Source: an uncultured delta proteobacterium
GTDB lineage: Bacteria; Desulfobacterota; WTBG01
Assembly: GCA_963793865.1 (NCBI GenBank)
Contig: CAWCBP010000001.1
Coordinates: 1,088,001-1,152,000 of the forward strand
Direction: 5' to 3'
DNA length: 64,000 bases
Every line of letters starts with the position of its first letter. Position 1 is the first letter of the stretch. The notes under the pieces were generated by a model. That model saw only the letters and a list, made by a program, of their open reading frames with translations, searched no databases and was not told the DNA's origin. The position numbers were made by a program, and so were the translations under genes. Shown in pieces: positions 1 to 8,969 of this stretch.

Positions 1-61
1 GCATGATCTGCAGAAATTCCCTGATGCTCGGCTCGTCGTCGACTACTAAAATACTATGCAT
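1..61 (-). CDS. Response regulator, N-terminal receiver fragment (PilR/NtrC-like), truncated by the window edge
   Basis: Manual translation MHSILVVDDEPSIREFLQIM; GAGGGG RBS 6 nt upstream of the ATG; 27 bp after the pyrC stop. Confidence 0.8.
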   Translation of the reverse strand, partial: MHSILVVDDEPSIREFLQIM

Positions 62-88
62 GATTAACCCCTCACTGGATGCCCCGCG

Positions 89-1384
89 CTAGCCGGGCGC
101 GCACCCATCTTCTACCACCCTTCCTTTTACGATGGTATAGCGTGCCCTGCCTTCAACCTCCCAGCCGTTAAACGGGGAATTGCGGCTCTTTGATTTGAAG
201 CGGCTGACATCAACGCGTCCCACGGCTGACGGGTCTATGATGGTAATGTCGGCGTCGCATCCCCTGCCGAGCGTTCCTTTGGGTATTCCCAGAATTTTTG
301 CCGGGTTAACGGCACATTTTTCAATCAAAGCCTGCATTGACAGCACCCCTTCTTTAACCAGCCTTAATGTCAGCGGCATTGCCGTCTCCAGCCCGACGAT
401 GCCGGAAGCGGCATAGTCAAATTCCACGTCCTTTTCCAGGGATGAATGAGGCGCATGGTCTGTTGCGATCACATCAATGACGTTTTCTTTGAGGCCTTTT
501 TTAATTGACTGAACATCCCGCGCGCTTCTGAGCGGCGGATTCACTTTGAAATGCGTGTCAAATGTTTCCAGGCTTTCATCACTCAGGGTGAAATAGTGCG
601 GGGCGGTTTCTGCGGTCACGTTGACTCCCCGGGATTTCGCCTCCCGGATAATATCCACGGATCCTTTCGTGCTTACGTGAGCGATATGCACAGGGCAGCC
701 GGTAAGTTCGGACAGGCTGACTTCGCGCGCCACGATTATATCTTCGGCAGCATTGGGAATTCCCTTGAGCCCAATTCGCATTGAGGTGCATCCCTCGTTC
801 ATGACGCCGTTCCCGACCAAATCCGAATCCTCGCAGTGGCAGATGACCGGCATTCTAAAATTTTTCGCGTATTCCATGGCCCGCCGCATTAATTCGCTGT
901 TTTTGACCGTCTTCCCGTCGTCGGAAACGGCCACAGCTCCTGCTTCCTTGAGTTCCCCCATGGGCGCCAGGAATTCGCCCTTGAGTCCGGCGGTTATGGC
1001 GCCAACCGGATAGACATTGACGCACCCGCTTTTCGCGGCGCGGTCAAGAATGTACTCGGTCACCGCCTGGTTGTCATTCACCGGGCTGGTGTTGGGCATG
1101 CAGGCAACCGAGGTAAATCCACCCGCCGCCGCCGCCCGGCATCCGGTCTCTATGGTTTCCTTGTACTCATGACCGGGCTCGCGCAGGTGCACATGCATGT
1201 CAATGAGGCCGGGAACCACCAGGCATCCTTCCGCATTGATAATGCGCGCGTTGGCCAGGTTATGCTTGTGCTGACCGGGATCAGGAAACAGGTCAACAAT
1301 CTTACCGTCTTGCACGAAAATTGAAAGCTGTGCATCCACGCCGTTCTGCGGATCGATAACCCTCCCCCCGCGTATCAGTAGCAT
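89..1384 (-). CDS. pyrC: Dihydroorotase
   Basis: [14 protein letters not shown] and ATDHAPH amidohydrolase motifs; follows pyrB. Confidence 0.97.
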   Translation of the reverse strand: MLLIRGGRVIDPQNGVDAQLSIFVQDGKIVDLFPDPGQHKHNLANARIINAEGCLVVPGLIDMHVHLREPGHEYKETIETGCRAAAAGGFTSVACMPNTSPVNDNQAVTEYILDRAAKSGCVNVYPVGAITAGLKGEFLAPMGELKEAGAVAVSDDGKTVKNSELMRRAMEYAKNFRMPVICHCEDSDLVGNGVMNEGCTSMRIGLKGIPNAAEDIIVAREVSLSELTGCPVHIAHVSTKGSVDIIREAKSRGVNVTAETAPHYFTLSDESLETFDTHFKVNPPLRSARDVQSIKKGLKENVIDVIATDHAPHSSLEKDVEFDYAASGIVGLETAMPLTLRLVKEGVLSMQALIEKCAVNPAKILGIPKGTLGRGCDADITIIDPSAVGRVDVSRFKSKSRNSPFNGWEVEGRARYTIVKGRVVEDGCAPG

Positions 1385-1393
1385 CTGCGCCTC

Positions 1394-2311
1394 CTATTTG
1401 CCTATTAAGAGATATAACAGGGCCATTCTCACCGCCACGCCGTTGGCGACCTGCTCCAAAATAAGTGCATATGGACCGTCGGCAACTTCAGGGGCTATTT
1501 CAACACCGCGGTTGACCGGGCCCGGGTGCATAATCAACACATCCTTTTTTGCCCTCTTGAGCCGCTCCAGGTTCAGGCCGAAAAAGGTCGAATACTCCCG
1601 CAGGGAAGGAAAAAGAAAGGCGCTCTGACGCTCCATCTGTATCCTGAGCATCATAATCACATCTGCATCGGCGACGGCATCATCCATGCTCGGGGCGACG
1701 GCTGCACCCAGCTCCTCAACAAAGTACGGAATCATGGTTAAGGGACCATAGACCTTCACCCGGGCTCCAAGCCTGGTGAGGCAGGCAACGTTCGACCTGG
1801 CCACCCGGCTGTGGGAAATATCCCCGATAATCGATACCGTCAAACCCTCAAAGGTTCCCTTCTTTTCGCGAATGGTAAAGGCATCCAGCAATGCCTGGGT
1901 GGGATGCTGGTGGGCGCCGTCACCGGCGTTAATGATGGACGCCGGAAGCGCATCAGCGAGGATTTTGGGCGCGCCGGCGGCAGAGTGCCTGACGACTACC
2001 AGATCGGGACTCATGGCCTGCAGGTTTTTTCCCGTGTCCTTGAGTGTCTCTCCCTTGCTCACGCTGCTGCTGGAGGTGGAGATGTTGACCACGTCCGCGC
2101 TGAGCCGTTTGCCGGCAATTTCAAAGGAGGTGCGGGTGCGGGTGCTCGGCTCGTAAAAGAGGTTGATGACCGTCTTCCCCCGCAGGGTGGGAACCTTCTT
2201 GATATCCCTGCTGGATATTTCCTTCATTGAATCCGCGGTGTCCAGGATAAGCTTGATTTCATCCACGCTGAGCTGCTCAATGGTAAGAAGATCCTTGCTG
2301 CGTAAGGGCAT
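1394..2311 (-). CDS. pyrB: Aspartate carbamoyltransferase catalytic subunit
   Basis: [20 protein letters not shown] and MHPGP motifs. Confidence 0.98.
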   Translation of the reverse strand: MPLRSKDLLTIEQLSVDEIKLILDTADSMKEISSRDIKKVPTLRGKTVINLFYEPSTRTRTSFEIAGKRLSADVVNISTSSSSVSKGETLKDTGKNLQAMSPDLVVVRHSAAGAPKILADALPASIINAGDGAHQHPTQALLDAFTIREKKGTFEGLTVSIIGDISHSRVARSNVACLTRLGARVKVYGPLTMIPYFVEELGAAVAPSMDDAVADADVIMMLRIQMERQSAFLFPSLREYSTFFGLNLERLKRAKKDVLIMHPGPVNRGVEIAPEVADGPYALILEQVANGVAVRMALLYLLIGK

Positions 2312-2312
2312 A

Positions 2313-2855
2313 CTATGACTCCTCCTCTATAATGACCTCATCCACGCCGTCATCCTCGGTCAATTTCACTTCCACCACCTCGTTGGCCGAAGTGGGTATG
2401 TTCCTGCCCACGTAGTCCGCCCTGATGGGCAGCTCGCGGTGGCCACGGTCCAGGAGCACGGCCAGCTGGATGGAGCAGGGCCTTCCCAGATCAATAATCG
2501 CGTCAAGCGCAGCCCTGACCGTCCTCCCGGTAAACAGCACATCATCCACCAGCACCACCTTGGTGCCTTTAACGCTGAACGGCACATCTGTTTTTCTCAG
2601 CAGCGGCTGTGCGGCTATCTCGGACAGGTCATCCCGGTAGAGGGTAATATCAAGGGCGCCGATGGGTACTTCAACCTGCGCGATGTCCCGGATCAACCGG
2701 GACAGGCGGCGGGCCAGGGTAACCCCCCGCCTCATGATGCCAATCAGGACGAGATGCTCCCCCTCCCTGTTTTTCTCAACAATCTCGTGGGCAATTCTTT
2801 TTAAACTTTTCTCGATTTCTTCCCCGTTTAAAACCAGCTTTTTCCTGCGGCTCAT
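2313..2855 (-). CDS. pyrR: Pyrimidine operon attenuation regulator / uracil phosphoribosyltransferase
   Basis: [43 protein letters not shown] at 2855 preceded by AGGAG. Confidence 0.97.
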   Translation of the reverse strand: MSRRKKLVLNGEEIEKSLKRIAHEIVEKNREGEHLVLIGIMRRGVTLARRLSRLIRDIAQVEVPIGALDITLYRDDLSEIAAQPLLRKTDVPFSVKGTKVVLVDDVLFTGRTVRAALDAIIDLGRPCSIQLAVLLDRGHRELPIRADYVGRNIPTSANEVVEVKLTEDDGVDEVIIEEES

Positions 2856-2870
2856 GATGGTGCTCCTCAC

Positions 2871-2905
2871 AAAAAAACCTCTTCACCCGGTGGGCAAAGA
2901 GGTTT
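2871..2905 (-). terminator. Attenuator terminator of the pyr leader
   Basis: Minus strand AAACCTCTT-TGCCCACCGGGTG-AAGAGGTTTTTTT hairpin plus U-tract just before the pyrR RBS. Confidence 0.85.
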
Positions 2906-2939
2906 CACCTGTTACTGACGGTAAAAGACATGAATGGAC

Positions 2940-2974
2940 ACCTTTCTAATCTCACGGGATTAAATTAAAGGTTT
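2940..2974 (-). promoter_or_regulatory. PyrR-binding RNA stem-loop
   Basis: Minus strand CCTTTAA-ttt-AATCCCGTGAGATT-ag-AAAGG matches the CUUUAA / ARUCCNGNGAGGYU PyrR consensus with one G>A change. Confidence 0.85.
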
Positions 2975-2980
2975 AAGGTA

Positions 2981-3008
2981 ATCATACCGAATATTCTATA
3001 AAAGTCAA
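2981..3008 (-). promoter_or_regulatory. Putative sigma-70 promoter of the pyr operon
   Basis: TTGACT-N16-TATGAT directly upstream of the PyrR loop. Confidence 0.6.
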
Positions 3009-3108
3009 AGATATTTTTTTACCTTACGCTCCTTCCGGAGATACGTTTCCTATTCGATCTAAAACTCCTTCCCGCTAATCATTGTTCATCAGGGGATGTC
3101 ATTAAAAT

Positions 3109-4530
3109 ATGCGCTATGTCCAATGCTTAATCAATGCATGTCTGTGTCTTGTTCTGGGTTGCTGCTCGAACATCACCTCCAAGTCGCCTGCCAGACATGT
3201 AATCATTATTTCCCTGGACACAACCCGGCCCGACCACATTGGATGTTACGGCAATCCCTGGATCAGCACTCCTTATCTTGACCGTCTCGCCGCCGAATCC
3301 ATTCTCTTTACCCAGTACATGACGGTAGTACCTACCACCCTCCCCTCCCACACATCGCTCTTTACCGGCACATTCCCCCACAATCACGGCAACCCGCAGA
3401 ACGGGTACATGGTAAACAATAAAAATGTGATGCTGACGGAGATACTGAAAAGCACTGGTTTTCAAACCCTGGGGTTCATTGGATCATTTGCACTGGACAG
3501 CCGGTTCGATTTTGCGCAGGGGTTTGACCATTATGATCAAACCTACGAACGCTTCGTCGGGGAGGGAAAGCTGACCGAGCACGAGAGGTCTGCCCAATCG
3601 GTAACCCGTTCGGTCATCAGCCATATAAATTCATTGCCATCTCATCAGTCCCTCTTCCTGTTTGTCCATTACTTTGACCCCCACAAGCCTTTCGAGCCGC
3701 CGGCCCCCTATGACACCATGTACCGCTGGGATAAAGGGGATAGCGCATCCCCGGACGGAAGAATCACCGTCAGCTACTCGTGTCCCCACTCGCTGAGTGA
3801 GGACAATTGGCAGCTTTCCAAAAAAGCGGCCTTGGGGTATGCCGGTGAAATTTCATACATGGATCATCATCTGGGAGAGCTTCTTGCCTATCTGAGACAG
3901 AAGGGCATACTTGACGATGCCATCCTGATTGTGACAAGCGACCACGGAGAAAATTTCTGGGAGCACATGCCCTATTTTCATCATGGTACCTCCACCTATC
4001 AAACCAGCATGCGCGCCGTGTGCATGATCCGTCTGCCCCGTGCCGCACACGGGGGCACGGTTGTAAAAAATCCTCTTTCAAGCATCGATATTATGCCGAC
4101 TGTTCTTAGCTATCTGAATATTCCTGCGCCGCCGGGAATCGATGGAAAGTCGTTTGACGTAAACAACGCAGCCGCATCTATTGGAGACCGTTATGTCTAC
4201 GGGCAGGCAAGTCTGACAAAGCCGTGGAAGGTTCCCGAGGTATCTTCAGGATGGCCGCACGCCAACAAGGCACGCTGCATAAGAAAGGGAAACATAATTT
4301 ATATGCAAACGCCCTATACACAAACTGAGGAGTTCTATGATCTCTCTGCTGATCCTTATGAACAGGAAAACCTTCTTCGCACCCCAACGCCCGAAATAAG
4401 ATCCCTGGCGCATGGGCTCAAAGAAAAGCTCGAGGATTGGGTATCAGCAGCACATCCGCTCCCATCGTCCCCGGAAAAAGAAAAGCGGCAGGAAACGGTA
4501 GAAAAACTGAAGGCGCTGGGGTATCTGTAA
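3109..4530 (+). CDS. Sulfatase-like (alkaline phosphatase superfamily) exported protein, Thr-type active site
   Basis: IIISLDTTRPD, TTLPSHTSLFTG, HYFDPH, TSDHGE, C-terminal LKALGYL; signal or lipoprotein-like N-terminus. Confidence 0.85.
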   Translation: MRYVQCLINACLCLVLGCCSNITSKSPARHVIIISLDTTRPDHIGCYGNPWISTPYLDRLAAESILFTQYMTVVPTTLPSHTSLFTGTFPHNHGNPQNGYMVNNKNVMLTEILKSTGFQTLGFIGSFALDSRFDFAQGFDHYDQTYERFVGEGKLTEHERSAQSVTRSVISHINSLPSHQSLFLFVHYFDPHKPFEPPAPYDTMYRWDKGDSASPDGRITVSYSCPHSLSEDNWQLSKKAALGYAGEISYMDHHLGELLAYLRQKGILDDAILIVTSDHGENFWEHMPYFHHGTSTYQTSMRAVCMIRLPRAAHGGTVVKNPLSSIDIMPTVLSYLNIPAPPGIDGKSFDVNNAAASIGDRYVYGQASLTKPWKVPEVSSGWPHANKARCIRKGNIIYMQTPYTQTEEFYDLSADPYEQENLLRTPTPEIRSLAHGLKEKLEDWVSAAHPLPSSPEKEKRQETVEKLKALGYL

Positions 4531-4554
4531 TCTTATCTTCACGGCCCCTCACTG

Positions 4555-5931
4555 TTACTGCAAGTATCCCAGACTTTTGAGGGCATCTTCTGTTTTGGTA
4601 TCAAGCTTAAGCTGCATGGCAAGATTCCCGGACTTGTACTGCTTTCTCCACTCCTGGTAGTATCCGGCCAGCTCCTGTTTCCTTGTATCATCTACTTGAA
4701 CCGGCCGTCTTTCTTTCGGCAGCTCCCGCAGATTAAAGAACACGTCTTTCCCCGTATTCCAGTTATTATGAATATATTTGATAGTCCCGGTCCGTACCGC
4801 TATTGACTGCTCTTCATCTTTCACGCCAAAATCGTTTGTTTCGCAGGTCACGTAGGTGCGAACCGGGGCCGGGTCAGCCGATTCCATCAGGCCGGCCAGG
4901 CTGACGCCGTCGCAGCCCTTCATCTCAATCCCCAGCAGGTCGACCAGCGTCGGCATCACGTCAACGATGCTGGCAAGTTCAGCGATCCGCTTTCCCGCGA
5001 AGCCCGGCAGATGCATAATACAGGGGATCCACATCACCGTGTCATAGACAACCCTGCTGTGGTCAAGGTACCCGTCGTGCTCATAGAGATTTTCGCCATG
5101 GTCCGCAACCAGGACAATGATGGTTTTCTGCGGATCAGACAGCCGGCCCACACCTTCCAGAAGCTTCTTCACCTCCGCGTCAACGAACCTGACTTCCCCG
5201 CTGTAGAGTTCCTGCAGGCTGGCAAGGTCCGATTGGCCGGGCTTAAGAAAATATGGAAAATCAGTGCGCACAACCTTGCCCGGATCGTAAAAGCCCGCAG
5301 GGGGCTCATAGGGCAGATGGGGATCGTAATAATGAACCCACATGAAAAACGGGGCGGCCGGCTTCTGTTTCTCCAGCACGGCAATCGCGCGGCGGGTGGT
5401 CTCTTCAGCGTTACAGTCAAAAACGCCGTAGTCGTGGTCAAACCACTTCCTGTTTTTCAGATTGACGCTTCCCCGGCAGGATGAGAAATCAGCGTCATAG
5501 TACGAAAATCCCTGCTGGATATTGAAGCGGGGATCGAGGGGCAACGCGCTGACGGCGGCAAGGCAGGTGTAGCCATGCCGGCCCAGCACTTCGGCCAGGG
5601 TAGTGACCGAATCCTGCACCGCGTACCCGTTTCTGCAGTCGCGGGGATATTTCGATGTCATGAGCGACAGATGGGCAGGCAGGGTGGTCGATGACGTGGT
5701 AAACATTGATTCAAAAAGAAAGCTCCTGCCGGTGAGTGCATCGATGGCAGGAGTTAATTTTTTATTACCGTACGCACCGACGTAATCAGCCCTCAGGGTG
5801 TCAATTGAGATGAGCAGGAGATTGTATTGACGGAAGCGAGCCCGCATTGACGGTGCATCCTGATTGCATCCCGCGAGTGCAAAAAGGCTGATGCAGAGTG
5901 CCAGCGTGTAAGCTGTGGAATAACGAATCAT
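4555..5931 (-). CDS. Sulfatase-like lipoprotein, Thr-type active site
   Basis: LAGC lipobox, ISIDTLRAD, TTLPAHLSLMTS, HYYDPH, ADHGE, C-terminal LKSLGYL. Confidence 0.85.
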   Translation of the reverse strand: MIRYSTAYTLALCISLFALAGCNQDAPSMRARFRQYNLLLISIDTLRADYVGAYGNKKLTPAIDALTGRSFLFESMFTTSSTTLPAHLSLMTSKYPRDCRNGYAVQDSVTTLAEVLGRHGYTCLAAVSALPLDPRFNIQQGFSYYDADFSSCRGSVNLKNRKWFDHDYGVFDCNAEETTRRAIAVLEKQKPAAPFFMWVHYYDPHLPYEPPAGFYDPGKVVRTDFPYFLKPGQSDLASLQELYSGEVRFVDAEVKKLLEGVGRLSDPQKTIIVLVADHGENLYEHDGYLDHSRVVYDTVMWIPCIMHLPGFAGKRIAELASIVDVMPTLVDLLGIEMKGCDGVSLAGLMESADPAPVRTYVTCETNDFGVKDEEQSIAVRTGTIKYIHNNWNTGKDVFFNLRELPKERRPVQVDDTRKQELAGYYQEWRKQYKSGNLAMQLKLDTKTEDALKSLGYLQ

Positions 5932-6002
5932 GCAGGCAGTTTTTTATCCTTTTGCAAGAAGGCCGGCACGAATGCCCCCCGGTTGGTTTTCGTAGTGTAA
6001 AG

Positions 6003-6611
6003 TCAATGTATCAACTTTCCTATACGACTCCACTTGATGTCCCGCATAAACCCGCTCCAGGACCAGTAAATGAGAAAGGCCTTGCCTTTAACCTTGCTCA
6101 GCGGCACAAATCCCCAGAAACGGCTGTCCGCACTCCTGTCCCGGTTATCTCCCATAACAAAGAGCATGTCTTTGGGAACCCGCTGCGGTCCGAAATAATC
6201 CCTTTTGGTCACATGCGCCGGTATAACGGCATTATCCTTGTGAACGGCAAAAGGCTCGTTTTGCAGGGTATCGTTGACATACACCTTTTTTTCCTTTACC
6301 TCGATGGTATCACCTTCAACAGCAACCACTCGCTTGATGAAATCCTTGCTCTCGTCTTCAGGGTAGATAAACACCACAACATCGCCCCGCTGCGGGCGTT
6401 TAAAATCAAAGAACCTCAGATCCGTGTACGGTATCCGCTCCCCGTACATGAACTTGTTGACCAGGATGTGGTCACCCACCAATAACGTATCTTCCATCGA
6501 TCCCGAAGGTATTTTAAACGCCTGCACCACGAAGGTCCTTATGAGCAGTGCAAGCAGAATTGCCACCGCGAAGGCCTCGATATATTCCCTGACCATTCCT
6601 TTCTTTTTCAT
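6003..6611 (-). CDS. lepB: Signal peptidase I
   Basis: IPSGSM, FIKRV, MGDNRDRSADSRFWG. Confidence 0.97.
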   Translation of the reverse strand: MKKKGMVREYIEAFAVAILLALLIRTFVVQAFKIPSGSMEDTLLVGDHILVNKFMYGERIPYTDLRFFDFKRPQRGDVVVFIYPEDESKDFIKRVVAVEGDTIEVKEKKVYVNDTLQNEPFAVHKDNAVIPAHVTKRDYFGPQRVPKDMLFVMGDNRDRSADSRFWGFVPLSKVKGKAFLIYWSWSGFMRDIKWSRIGKLIH

Positions 6612-6883
6612 AAATTATACGTTCCCTCCCGTCACCACCTGTTCAGATCGCCCTTTCCCGCTCTCCGGTTACTATATGTGCCGGCTGCGCTGAATACATC
6701 TAATTTTTATAAAGGTATGAAATTTATATCATGACGACCTTTATGTAAAGGAGAAAATAACTTTATTGCATGACGGCACCTGAAAATTCAGGGACGGCCG
6801 GGATCCCCTTCCCTGATAATTACCGGTGCAGCAAAGAAAATATGTTGACTTTAATGAAGTATTTCAGGTATATATTTGTCAGA

Positions 6884-6959
6884 GCGGGCATAGCTCAGTT
6901 GGCAGAGTACAAGCTTCCCAAGCTTGGGGTCGCGGGTTCGAGGCCCGTTGCCCGCTCCA
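6884..6959 (+). tRNA. tRNA-Gly(CCC)
   Basis: GCGGGCA...CAAGC-TT-CCC-AA-GCTTG...GGTTCGAG...TGCCCGC-T-CCA cloverleaf, 76 nt. Confidence 0.97.
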
Positions 6960-7025
6960 TTATTCCACTGGATTTTTCCGCTTGCATCGGGATTAAATCT
7001 GTGCTATGGTTGCACATCACTTAGC

Positions 7026-7051
7026 AAAAGTGGGGATTTCCCACTTTTTTT
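7026..7051 (+). promoter_or_regulatory. rimP leader hairpin with U-tract (attenuator-like)
   Basis: AAAAGTGGG-GATTT-CCCACTTTTTTT just upstream of rimP, as seen in rimP-nusA-infB leaders. Confidence 0.7.
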
Positions 7052-7065
7052 ATTGACCGCGTTTT

Positions 7066-7557
7066 ATGGTTACAACCCTTATTGAATCCGTAAGAGAGCT
7101 TACCGAGCCGATTATTGTGTCGCAGGGGCTGGAGCTGGTTGACATCGAGTTCTTCAGTGAGCCGCGGGGTTGGGTGCTCAGATTTTATGTTGATAAGGAA
7201 GGCGGCGTTGCCCTGGAACACTGCAGCCGATTAAGTGGACAATTAGGCGATGTGATCGATGTAAAAGACATTATTCCTCACCGATATATTCTTGAGGTAT
7301 CATCTCCGGGCGTGAATCGTGTTTTAAAGAAGGAAAAGGACTTCATACAATTCCGCGGCGAAATTATAAAGGTCAGGAGCTCCGAGCCGGTTGACGGAAG
7401 GAAGCACTTCCAGGGCACGCTTGTTGGCTGCAGGGATGGAAACATTATCATTGACAGTGATGCGCAGCAGTACAGCATTCCCATGGCCCTGATATCCAAA
7501 GCCAACATCGCATATCAATTTCCCGAACTTACTAAAAAAGGCAAAAAGACCCGGTAA
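7066..7557 (+). CDS. rimP: Ribosome maturation factor RimP
   Basis: YILEVSSPGVNR motif; precedes nusA. Confidence 0.95.
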   Translation: MVTTLIESVRELTEPIIVSQGLELVDIEFFSEPRGWVLRFYVDKEGGVALEHCSRLSGQLGDVIDVKDIIPHRYILEVSSPGVNRVLKKEKDFIQFRGEIIKVRSSEPVDGRKHFQGTLVGCRDGNIIIDSDAQQYSIPMALISKANIAYQFPELTKKGKKTR

Positions 7558-7590
7558 AATCAGTTCGCCGGGCAACAGAGGTGTTTACTT

Positions 7591-8880
7591 ATGATTAATG
7601 AGCTTGACCGCATACTGGAAGAAGTCAGAAAAGACAAGGACCTTGACAAGGAAACGCTGATTAAGACCCTGGAGGCGGCGCTTCTCAAGGCCGCGAAAAA
7701 CAGGTACGGGCACAACAGCGAAATCGAGGCCCACTTTAACCGCGAATTGGGAGAGGTTGAACTTTTCCAGTTTAAAAATGTGGTCAACGAAGTAAAAAAT
7801 CCAAAGAGTGAAATATCGCTTGAGGAGGCAAAAACAATTCTGGATCCGGATGCGCAAATAGGTGACAGCCTCGGCGTCAAACTCAACACTGCTGATTTCG
7901 GCAGAATAGCCGCTCAAACCGCAAAGCAGGTGATCATTCAGAACATACGAGAGGCCGAACGTGAAAACACCTACCAGAACTACAAGGACCGCAAGGGCGA
8001 GCTGGTAAACGGCATTGTGCAGCGCTTTGACCGCGGTGACATAATCGTCAATATGGGCAAGACCGAGGCCATCCTTCCTTCCAAGGAGCAGGTGCCCAGG
8101 GAGCACTACCGGCTGCGGGATAGGGTCAAGGCATACATTCTGGACATTAAAAAGACCACCAAGGATCCTCAGATCGTGCTTTCCCGGACATGCACGGGAT
8201 TCATCAGGGAACTCTTCAAAACAGAGGTTCCTGAAATCAATGAGGGTATTGTCACCATTAAGCACATTGCCCGTGAACCGGGCACACGGACGAAAATAGC
8301 GGTTGATTCGTCCAACCCTGATGTCGATCCCGTCGGCGCCTGCGTCGGCACCAAGGGAGCGCGTGTCCAGAACATCGTGCAGGAATTGAGGGGGGAAAAG
8401 ATTGACATCATTCCCTGGTCTGAAGATCCGGCAAAGTTTGTCTGCAGTGCCCTGGCACCGGCAGAAATCATGGAGGTCATTTTATACAATGAACAAAGGG
8501 CCATGGAAATCATAGTGCCCGACAATCAAACCTCCCTGGCCATCGGCAAAAAGGGCCAGAATGTGAGGCTGGCGGTCAAACTGACCGGATGGAAAATTGA
8601 CATCAAGAGCAAATCCGAGGCTGAGGGCGAATCAAAGACCGCTCTTGATAATCTCATGCAAATTCCGGGCATTGGTGAAACCAGCGCCCAGGCCCTGCTC
8701 AACGAAGGATACGGATCTGCCCGGGACATTGTAAAGGCGGAGGTGGAAGAGCTTACCAAATTGCCCGGATTCGGTGAGAAAAAGGCGCAGGCCATAAAGG
8801 AGGCGGCGCAGGAAATAATTAACCAGCAGGAGAACGCGAAGGAAGTGCCGTCAGACGCTCCCGCCCCTGATGAACCCTAA
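7591..8880 (+). CDS. nusA: Transcription termination/antitermination factor NusA
   Basis: FGRIAAQTAKQVI, DPVGACVG, LAIGKKGQNVRLA; C-terminal HhH repeats. Confidence 0.98.
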   Translation: MINELDRILEEVRKDKDLDKETLIKTLEAALLKAAKNRYGHNSEIEAHFNRELGEVELFQFKNVVNEVKNPKSEISLEEAKTILDPDAQIGDSLGVKLNTADFGRIAAQTAKQVIIQNIREAERENTYQNYKDRKGELVNGIVQRFDRGDIIVNMGKTEAILPSKEQVPREHYRLRDRVKAYILDIKKTTKDPQIVLSRTCTGFIRELFKTEVPEINEGIVTIKHIAREPGTRTKIAVDSSNPDVDPVGACVGTKGARVQNIVQELRGEKIDIIPWSEDPAKFVCSALAPAEIMEVILYNEQRAMEIIVPDNQTSLAIGKKGQNVRLAVKLTGWKIDIKSKSEAEGESKTALDNLMQIPGIGETSAQALLNEGYGSARDIVKAEVEELTKLPGFGEKKAQAIKEAAQEIINQQENAKEVPSDAPAPDEP

Positions 8881-8969
8881 GCAGGGGGGTTATCGATCAG
8901 GCCTGCCTGCGCCGGACCATATCATCACCTGAGCATTGGCACATACATTTACCAACAACAACGAGTATT

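Noticed and set aside
8936..8953. Sigma-54-like TGGCAC upstream of infB
   Set aside because: The -12 element reads TTTAC rather than TTGC, and the site is inside an operon
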